64,000 nt of DNA. Source: Utricularia gibba. Its lineage: Eukaryota > Plantae > Magnoliophyta. The notes under the pieces are model-generated. The model was not told the origin of the DNA. It saw only the letters and a program-made list of their open reading frames with translations, and did no database searches. Location: contig NEEC01000013.1 in the NCBI GenBank assembly GCA_002189035.1, forward strand, positions 434,001 through 498,000, written 5' to 3'. A program made the translations under genes and the position numbers. Of the stretch, positions 51,801 to 61,699 are shown piece after piece (within the stretch, counting starts at the first letter, position 1; every line of letters begins with the position of its first letter).

Positions 51801-54800
51801 GACACTTCCATTGGAGTTCTTTTTTGTGCGAAAGACCCACTTAACTCCAATAACCTTTTTGTTGGCCGATCTGTCTACTAATTTCCATGTGTCATTTTTG
51901 TTGATCATGACCAGCTCAGTTTCCATTCCATTTCTCCAGCCTGAGTGTCTTAATGCTTGATTTAAATTTTCAGGTTTCTTGATCATCAGACATCTCTGAT
52001 AGATCTCTGACAATCTACGCTCACCTTGTATAGGGAAGTTTTCATTGCTGTAGGACATTTCTAGGCTACTTTCACTTATTTGTGGGTTTTGTTGGCTTTG
52101 GTGTACAGCTTCCAGAATTTCAACGGACTGGTTTGGTGATTGGGAAGGAACCAAGGTATGGTTGTTTTCCTCCGAAGCTCCTTCTGTAGTGCCAATGGGT
52201 AAGTCTCTCTCATCAGGTTCTCTATCATGAGTAAGAATCAATCTATTTCGATTTGATATCATATTTTCATTGTGTGTTAGTTCTCAATTGCCTTCAACAT
52301 TCTGATCAGATCCATGACCTGTACTCTAATGAGAATTTGATTCTACTTCATGCACATCGATTGTTTCTTGACTTGAATGTTTTTCTTTAAGTGTGTTTTC
52401 GTTGATTACCTTGAGGTTTGGGAATAGGTCTAGTGCATCTTTTCCTTGATTATGTGCCAGTTCAATGTGACTTGAGCACCAGTCCCAAGTTCTAAATTCA
52501 TCAAAAACTACATCTCTACTGACTTTTATTTTCATGCTTGACAAGTCCAATACCCTATACCCCTTGGTTATATCACTATATCCCATATGGATACCTACTT
52601 GTGCTTTTCTGTCTAATTTCCTTCTTCTTTTCTTTGGGATATGAGTGTAACATACACAGCCGAAGATACGGATGTGGTCAACCCGTGGTAGTCTCCCATG
52701 CCACATCTCAAATGGGGTTTTCTTTTTTATCAGTGACTTGGTGGGTAGTCAATTCAGCAGGTAGACAGCGGTGTCGACTGCTTCACCCTAGTAAGTTAAT
52801 GATAAGGCCCTCTCATGCATCACACATGTAGCCATTTCAACTATAGTTCTATTCCTTCTCTCACTTACCCCATTTTGCTCGGCTGTATAGGGGGCAGTAA
52901 ACTGGTGGATAATCCCTTCTCGTTCACATATTTCAGTGAGGTCATAAGGTATATATTCACCACTATTATCAGATCGGATGTATTTAATCCTTTGCCTGCT
53001 TTGGTTCTCAACTTGAGCCTTGAAAACTTTAAAGTAGTTTACCACTTTTAATCTGCTAGGGATGATAAATATCCAGCAATATCTATCGTAATCATCTATG
53101 AAAATTAAAAAATACTTGTTTCTTGCAGGCATCAAGACGTGCATGGGTCCACATACGTCACTATGGATCAGCTCTAGCATCTGAGTAGTATTCCAAGCGT
53201 GTTTACTGAAAGGTCGTCTAGAGATCTTACCAGATTTCGCATATCCTGTGATCTTGCTCTAATTTTGGTATTCTCTCCACCAGGTTGGATTTTGACGCAG
53301 GAGTTAGTGAGGAGGAATTCACGTGGCCGAACTGTTTGTGCAAGAGTGAGGCTTCATCTTTTGCTGCAAAGCAGGTATCAGTTAGGTTTCCATCAGTTAG
53401 GAAGGTTATAGGAAAAATTCTACTTTCCATCTTGACTTTAAGAAGGAGTTTTCTCGATGATAAATATATGCTATAGGAAGCTCCGTTGAAAGTGATGTTT
53501 AGTCCTTTTGAGATAAGTTGTCCAACACTTAGGAGGTTGTGGGAGGCTTTGGGTACATAGTATACATCTTGAATCTTTAGTACGTGCTTGCATGCTTCAA
53601 GTTGTATAGTTCCTATTCCATATATTCTTATCAATTGCCCATCAAAGACTTCTATCGACATTCCATTCAGTGGCTTATAGATTATGAAGGCACTGAATTT
53701 ATGAGTTAAGTGGTTGCTGCATCCACTGTCTATAAGACTTCTATAAGCCACGTTTCTTTGTTTGTAGTGTCGTTAGTGGTTGAGAGTATTGTGTCTTTGT
53801 GCAGAGTGTAGATATCAATGACTTCCTTGGCATCAAAAAAATAGCATACATAATTCAACGTGGTAGAGTTTGATTCTTGCTTGTCATCATCTTTCTGTGC
53901 GAATTTTTCTTCAAATCTTTTCATGCATACCCTTTCAATATGTCTTCTGGACTTGTTCAAAATTATAGAGTACATCCAATAGCTTTTCGTAGTTGTATGT
54001 GGTTAGAAGACCAGTTGTGGACGGCATCCCAATGCACGATCTAAAATCCTTTCCCACACAATTGAGAATTTCGTCTTTAACTCTTCCATCGTCGACAGGT
54101 TGCCCCAGTTTTTTCAGGTGCTTTGCAACTACACTCATAGAGGTCATTAAATCACTGATGGACTAACCTAGTTTCAGGCTGAGGTTGTTGAGAGTATGCC
54201 ACTGTTTCGCTATTTACTTTTACCGCCTTTCTGTTGTCATGGCATAATTTTTTGCTAGTATGGTTCAGGCTTTCTTAGGGGATTGGCAGCCCAGGATAAG
54301 GCCATAGGCTTCATCGGTTACAGCCAAGGTGAGTGCATGCATTGTCTTTTTCCTTTTTTTTCTGTGCTTCTTTTCTGTTGTAGTTTCCATGTCTGAAGAG
54401 GAAGATTTTCTTTCTTTCGCTTGAGCCGTATTTGCTTGCTCTACTTCTTCATTTTCTTCAAACAGGTCCCAGAGGTCCAGGTCGCCTAAACAGACAGACA
54501 TCTTGTTCGCCCAGGCATCATAGTCACCTCCGCCATCAAACATATAAGGGGGAATGAAATAAGATGAGGCCATGAAGTATGAGTTGTTGGAGGTTAGTAG
54601 GACTTGATTTATAGCCAAGCTTGAATATATGCTTGTGATTTCTCAAGGAGATCCACAGCGTCACCATGTAAGAAGTCTATAGCTCACTAACTGGGAGCCT
54701 GAGTGCTTGAGAGGCAAGAATTAAACTTAACGAAAAATGTATACAAAAAGATATATTGTTACATGTTTGTTTTTCTATTTATAGTCCATTCTTTGTGACC

Positions 54801-55102
54801 ATTGAATACAGGTGTATACCTACACCTACTTTGCAGGTTACCATTGGCATATAATCAAGCAAGCTTGGGTTTTGGTCCTTTCCTTAAGCACAAACTTGGG
54901 CTGCTTGCTCCAAGCCCATATGCAGTCTTCCACTATTAGGGACTGATATTCAGCCCAATACCTGCTCATTCATCCATCGGTTTTCTCAAGTCCCTTTTTT
55001 GTCCTTCTTCTTCTTCACTGCATGCAGCATATTCCAGCAGCACTTCAAAGTTTGCAGCGGGCCTCATGCGATTGTCCAAGATTAACTCATCATTAGCTAA
55101 CA
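48803..55102 (-). mobile_element. Copia-B: near-complete Ty1/Copia retrotransposon nested in the RT of Copia-A
   Basis: 436-bp LTRs (5' LTR 55102-54667; 3' LTR 50419-48803, interrupted), TG...CA ends, TSD ACTGT/ACTGA, PBS TGGTGACGCTGTGGAT, and a G-rich PPT at about 50420-50428. Broken gag (FDGGGDYDAWANKM), protease (LIDSGCSNHLT), integrase (LELIHSDVCGP), RT (IGVKWVFRTK, RLVAKGY) and RNase H (VDNKSAI). LTRs differ by roughly 8-10% on a manual count. Confidence 0.95.
49128..50305 (+). mobile_element. Athila-like solo LTR (1178 bp) inserted in the 3' LTR of Copia-B
   Basis: TGATAAC...CATTTATCA with TSD AGTCT/AGTCC; the uninterrupted Copia-B LTR copy reads AGTCC at this site. Confidence 0.9.
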
Positions 55103-57159
55103 ACTGATTGGTAAGTTAATATATTTGATCTTCATTAGACCAGATATTGCTTATTGTGTGCAGATCCTAGCCCAATAAATGCATAGACCAAGACAATTCC
55201 ATTCACAACATGTAATGAGAGTTTTGCAGTATCTCAAAGGGAGCTCTGGGAAATGACTTTTCTTTCCAAATCACTCTAATATTGGAAGATCAATTTATGG
55301 GTTTTTCATATACATGGGAAGCAACCTAATTAGCTGGAAATCAAAAAGTATGAGCACAATAGCAATGAGTTCAAAGAAGACAGAATATAGAACAATGTCT
55401 CCCCCGGCTTATGAAGTCACATGGATATACAATTTATTGAAAGCTTTTGAGCTCAAGAAAGAGGGGGGAGGGGTGCACGCCTATATTGCGACAACAAGTC
55501 AACTACACAACTCACCAAGGATCCCACTATGCATGAGATAAATAAACACTTTGATATTGATTGGCATTATATTTAAGAAAAGGAAGAGTAAGGAGAAATA
55601 CAAGTAGAATATATAATGACATAAGGGTAGCCGATAGATATTCTAACAAAAGGATTGAGAACATTACGACACCATCACTTGTTAAGCGAATTGAGGATGT
55701 GTGATGTGATATACATGCTCCATTTGAGGTCGGGTTGAAGAAGACAATTGGGAATATATCCATTTTCTATGATTCATGGCAGTTGTAATTGTGTGTATAA
55801 ATATGCATGAACTAGCTAAGTGAAAAATGATGAGAATCATTCTTTGTTTTCTCTCCGTTTAAACTTCTGATACAGTACAATAGAAAAAACTAGTTATCAA
55901 TCAGTAAAAGAACAAGATGTGGAAATGCGAAGGGGACAAGAGGTGTGTGCTGGGCCATTCCATGTGAAACCCACGCCTGCTTTGCTGACCGAAGATGCAA
56001 ATAGCCGAAAAAATAGGTGCGGTGCAGTTACATAATTTTTTTAGGATCAGTTTGGTACTAAAACGTGATATTATAAAACGTAGTCTAAATTATGAATAGT
56101 GCTTGATAAGTTGTAAAATATGGTTGGTTTCATTTCATATATACAAAAATCAAGCACTCATTCTTATAAAATAATCAGGTTTTTTACTCATAAAACATAA
56201 ATTTAGTTTCGGAATTCTCACCCCCAAAAGATGAAGTAACACAGCATTTGAAGATTGAGCACGTTGTTCTCTTCTTTGCACCAAAGAAATGGAAGACAAA
56301 TTTTAGAGATATAACTCAAACAAATAAATTATAGACAAAATTATCATTTATACAAAAATCGAATTTTCCATTTTTTTTGTCATATAAAACTACATCAACT
56401 AAACCAAAATGTGGAAAATACTGATTTTCATTATTTAACATCTTTATTTTTGCTATCTCGGACTTAACATATGTAACAAACGGCATTCTTGTGGCACTTT
56501 GATTATGACGAGTTCCCAGGAGGCAAAATGCTGTCTAAGGAACCCAATAATATCGTTTAATTTATTTCTAAATGTGTCATAATTAACCATTGATACTGCA
56601 TCGTTAATTATTATTTTTTATTTATAGAAACCTTTTCCGTGCACGCGAGTGAGTGCTTTCAACCACAAATTAGTAGCAACTGTATGATAGGAATTGGATT
56701 TTTTAAATGGAAACCAAAAAAATGTAGCCATGTTATTAACATTAGAAACTAGGTAACAAAAAGGATATCATGGACCACATATAATTACTATTTATGTCAA
56801 GTGTAATTTTCAAAACGTCTTATATCTTTACATATGCGAATTAAATCAAATTATTATAATGAATAAGCATATTATGATAATATATTAAACGTTATGAAAA
56901 TACGTAATTCTATTCACAAAATTGAATAATTTAAGGAAAGTTTATAATTGATTTCCCTTTTATTATTAAAAAAGTAAGAATTGGTTTTTATAAATAAATA
57001 ACCATTTACTCATGTTTATTAATAATTATATTTTATAAATACATGCATTTAAAAAATAATGTTTTATAAATCATTTCACAGTATAATGTTTGAAAATGTA
57101 AAATCATTTTACATTTTATAGAAAAACGATAAATAATGACAATTACAACGATGAAAGGT

Positions 57160-57250
57160 GTGGTTTTGGTGGGGGCCCAATCCACAGAACCGCACAACGC
57201 ATCACCTCGACGCCTCCGCCACAAATGGCCGCGTGTATATAAACCCGGCA
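57160..57250 (+). promoter_or_regulatory. ROD1 core promoter
   Basis: GGGGGCCCA (site II/TCP-like) near 57171-57179 and TATATAAA at about 57235-57242, about 85 bp upstream of the ATG. Confidence 0.5.
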
Positions 57251-57325
57251 ATCAATCGTATCCTAATTCCGATTCCAATCCACCACAAACACACATCCCT
57301 CAAGGAGGAGAGAATCAGGCGCAAG

Positions 57326-58238
57326 ATGGCCCGAGCCATCACCGCCGTCCAATTCCGATCCAACGGTCACCATCTCAAAAACGCGCCACCAAAGCCAGTC
57401 GTCCCTCGGTTCCATCCACATTTCATGGACTGGACGGCGGCCGACGTTTCCGAGTCTCTTCGGCGCCACCCGGCTCTCTGGTTTTTCGCCGCATGCGTTT
57501 TGCTTTTCATGGTCATCGAATACACACTTTTAATGGTTCCCCCATCGGCGGCCCCTTTCGATATAGGGTTCGCCGCCACTGCCGCCCTCCATCGTATGCT
57601 CGCCGCCAGACCCGCCCTCAATACACTCCTCGCTGCCCTTAATACGGTGACTGATCCCAGCTCAAATCTGAAATTCAATTCGGTAATGTGTTTAATTTAT
57701 CGATTTGAGTGATTGCAGGTGTTCGTGGGCATGCAATCGTCGTATATATTGTGGACGTGGTTGATCGAAGGGCGTCCGAGATCCGCTATCGCGACCGCGT
57801 TCATGTTCACATGCCGGGGAATTTTAGGATACTCCACACAGCTTCCCCTGCCCCAGGTCTCCCCTTCTCATTCATAAGACGATTGCCATATGCTATATCG
57901 CCTATTCATAATTTGGTGAATGTGGGCAGGAGTTTTTGGGATCGGGCGCAGATTTCCCGGTGGGGAATGTCTCGTTTTTCCTCTTCTACTCCGGGCACGT
58001 TGCTGCCTCTGTTATTGCATCGGTGGATATGCGACGGATGAAGAGGAGAGAATTAGCGTATCTGTTTGAATTGCTCAATGTTCTGCAGGTTATCAGGTTG
58101 CTGACTATAAGAGGCCATTACACGATCGACTTGGCCGCCGGAGTTGGCGCCGGGATCTTGTTCGATTCCCTCGCCGGGAAGTACCAACATTACATGTCAA
58201 CTAATCCAGTGCCACCAAAAACCTGTCATGCTTCCTAG
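57326..58238 (+). CDS. ROD1: Phosphatidylcholine:diacylglycerol cholinephosphotransferase (PDCT), 255 aa
   Basis: Motifs EYTLLMVPP..PFDIGF, RPALNTLLAALNT, EGRPR..IAT.FMFTCRGILGYSTQLPLPQ, DFPVGNVSFFLFYSGHVA and RGHYTIDL. Exons 57326-57646, 57719-57856, 57930-58238 (768 nt, in frame). Confidence 0.96.
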
Positions 58239-59329
58239 TTTCATTCCTGAACTTCACTTTTTTCAAGCGCCCACTAAAAAAAAACTCCATTCGTCAAGAA
58301 ATCTGAATCTTTTACATCTATCGACCATGAAAATTGGATGGCGAGTTTCAGGTCAAAATGAAGTATCTTATTCGTATATTTGGTAATTTAAACACGCTTC
58401 AACAAGGAGGCGGCTTGAAATGGCATGCGAAAAGTTTCTGTAGCAGTCACTGAAGGTTCACGTCCCTGTTGCTTTCCAAACGAATACATGGCAATAAATG
58501 TAGACAGAATTTGGCATGTTCTTCCACTCCGATTGCAGTATCATAGTTCTTTTCAATATCGCCCAGTTGTACTAAACAATGACATGGCTTTTCTTTCTTT
58601 ATACAGATGGAAGCGATTGCGTACGAAAATTATTGGAGAGGTTGAGAAGAGGGGCATGTGGCCACACAGCAATGCGTTGTTGACCTTGGGAAGAAGAATC
58701 ATTATCAGACTATGTGCCATGCTTCGTGGCCTATCTGTTGGCCATGCCTTCTAGCGTTGAAGTTTCTAATGACTTGAGTAGTGTTGGGCATCCCTTCGAG
58801 CATCAGCTCATGCTGCACCATGAGAAGCATGAGTAGTGTCGGGACAAGCCATCACACTCAAACCAATTGTTACACATGGGACTAGAAAACAAACGATTTG
58901 AAATCGAAGTTCTTGATTGATCACCATTATCCTTCTTTTAAATATAAGAAGTGAACCAAATTAAACAACAACTAAATACAAGACAATCCCATATGTCTAT
59001 TATTGGTTTAAGTATCTTCCAAGTTAATGTTTTTCCAAATGGCCAAAAAGTGGTAAGGCATCTTTTGGAAAGAGTACCGATTTCTCTCAATTAAGATGAT
59101 CCAAAGAAGTGGTTGAAACTTGGCTTGGGCTCGATCTTATAGAAAACAAATTAAGTGGTGTAAAAACTCTAACCATTAAATGATAGAAAAATTCCATTAA
59201 ATAGGCTTCAATGATAGTGGGAGAGTTCGTACAATATCTTGACTCATCTAAATGGATTGGACATGATATTGGGCTAGAATACCTAGATGCACTAATTGAA
59301 ACTAATACAAATAAGTGAAACACAACTTA

Positions 59330-60600
59330 ACTTATGCAGTCTTTAGCATTCTTGCAACATTCCTTCCCTAAACTGAAACCTCTCAACGTTTCACTTTAAG
59401 CTGGTACCAAATGAACTCTTAATTGGTCTGTGAGCTTCTCAAAGTTGGGGATCTTGAGACGAATGGTCATTATATCTTCTATCTAGTCCTTATTGCCACC
59501 AAATACTAGTTCTATTATCTTTGCATTGACTAAATTCCTTAGGAAGTGATACCACACATCAATGTGCTTACTATGTTCATATAGGATAGGATACATAAAC
59601 AACATGATCATAAAAGTGTTGTCACACCTAACTTGAAGTAGCTCATGGAGGTCATAGTTGAGAGATTTCAATATACCACTCACCCAAATGCATTGATAAT
59701 CACATCTTGGTATAGCAATAAACTTACCTTTTGTGGTGGATATTATCACAATCATCTGTTTCTTAGAACTCTATATTACTGCACTATATCTCATTTTAAA
59801 GGCATACATTGAATTGCTCATCTACATAATTTGATTCTATGTATATCTCCAAACACCAATTTCTATCACTGTGGTAAAATATTCTCATGTTTGAGGTATT
59901 GTACAAATATCATCGCATCCACTTTAGTAATTGCTCATGAATTTTCTAAGGAACTTCCATGAATCTACTAGCTACCACAATGGCTTTCATGATGATTGTG
60001 TAATTGTAATGCACATCAAGCTTCCATCAGTTTTTTTTTTTTAAATAGGGTGGGGTTTATTGTAGGTCCTACTACGATTTTAGTGACTTGTGTTGCAGAA
60101 TACTGCTGGTGTTCACACTTGATGGCTTGTTTTCATGTTGAATTTTTCTACATCTTGTATGAACTTCCTTTGAAAGATGAATATCCCTTCTTCTCTTTGT
60201 ATAACTTCAATTTCTAAAAAGTATTTCATCTTCCCTAGGTTGGACATGTGAAAGCATTTGAACATTCTACAATTACCATGACCTCTGAATCGCTTACTCG
60301 CATGCCCTCTAAGCCATGATGCCATGCTCCTAATATTCTAGAGACATAAGACCATCTCAATCATTCTATCTAATGTGTTAACTAGATTTTCATTCTTTTT
60401 AGAAGATAAATTTAGGTGAAAAGCTAACACATGATAAGATCATACCATAATAGCAAAAGAAAAGAAGTGTTGTATTCATAACAAAACTCCAACATATGCA
60501 TCACAAGTAACACATAACTTTATAAGGGTTCAACATATCTCATAGTTTAAGTGGATTTACAAGTACTAAAACATTGGGTAAGCTATATACACACCAAACC
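59330..60600 (-). mobile_element. Degenerate Copia RT/RNase H fragment
   Basis: MSNLGKMKYFLEIEVIQREEGIFIFQRKF, CDNT and EHSKHIDVWYHFLR remnants with many stops. Confidence 0.75.
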
Positions 60601-61699
60601 ACGAACTTTCTAACATTTTGAAGATAATAAAACTAGACAAAACATAAAAAGTTGAGGAGGCTATGCTACATACAAAACAGCAAAATAAGCATCCCCTACA
60701 GCTATGGATTATGCTCTTCTACTTGAAAAGTGCTTAATTGCTCATGAGAGTAAAACCAGGCAAATAAAGCATCACATAATCAGCATCCCATAAGTAAAGC
60801 AATCCACAACTTCTATAAGATCCAAGAACATGAACATAGTCATAAAACATAAGCATTAAGGAGTCCTTAGCTATGCGACTATTTTCGAGCATGATTGCAC
60901 CTCTTCCACCCATTGAGCCTTGGCTTGGAAACCTTAGGAATCAGGAGGAAGATCTTATGTTAGTCTCTACCTAAGAAACGTAGTAGAGAGAATGCAAAAC
61001 CTCACCACCAAACTCCTAAGGCATCAGCCTTTATATTTCCATAACTTTCTATCTAAGCTTTCCTTCCATTCATTTGTGGCCATTCCTAGACAAAGTTTCC
61101 TTAGACATGTATGACATAGTGAGAATGTGTGTTCACAACCCCCTCAAAGTCTTCTATTTGATATAATTTGATAACTCATAACCACTTAACTTCATAGTTT
61201 AGCAAGCCTTACACAAAACCATTTTAGATAGCCTTACACTTAGCTAAAAATCATGAATTAAAATTCATTTTGAAGCAAAGAGGAAGGACTTCTTTAAGAA
61301 TAAAGAATCAACTTAAAAACTCATCATCGGTAGAAAGACACAAAGTTTTTATTAGGGGCTCAAAAGCTAGTTATGGATGAAGTATGAAGTTAGAGCTTTT
61401 TTAGTAAAAACTTCCTAACTCCTTCCCAAGAACTCCAGATTAAGAAATTCTATCTGATAGTTAACACTGAGACATAGAACTGTAATATTTATCATAAGAG
61501 CATAAGTAGAAAATAAATCAACCAACACAGTAATTGCGATGAATAAAACATAAAGTACATAGTCACCATTTTGCAGAAAATAAGCATAGTCCGGCTTGCC
61601 TGCCGATCATTCTGCTTACAATTCACCAAAGAAATTCAAGTCAAAACTTTATTCCTCTATGTCTTAGGTACACCCTTGCCAAATTTCAGGATTTTAGGA

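Larger units (their letters stand above)
38080..55874 (+). mobile_element. Copia-A: old short-LTR (Ale/Retrofit-like) Ty1/Copia element split by nested insertions
   Basis: Short LTRs at about 38080-38225 and 55735-55874 share CTATGATT.ATG...TTGTAATTGTGTGTATAAA. Order: gag N-terminus (38370), protease IIDSGA (about 39170), integrase to 40218, resuming at 47295 (LRVLEC...KLD), RT 47900-48802, resuming at 55103 (LIGKLIYL..RPDIAY), RNase H (ISWKSK, YCDNKS), degenerate PPT TTGAGGTCGGG. Confidence 0.85.

Noticed and set aside
57136-57642. 168-aa ORF overlapping ROD1 exon 1 in another frame, and the GTG-started extension from 57158
   Set aside because: A by-product of a GC-rich exon. It starts upstream of the TATA box and resembles no known protein; the ATG at 57326 gives a normal PDCT.
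34136-58238. Glycerol kinase plus ROD1 as a specialised-metabolite biosynthetic gene cluster
   Set aside because: Only two primary-metabolism genes, 21 kb apart, catalysing non-consecutive steps; ancestral synteny explains the adjacency. Kept only as a weak co-regulation hypothesis.
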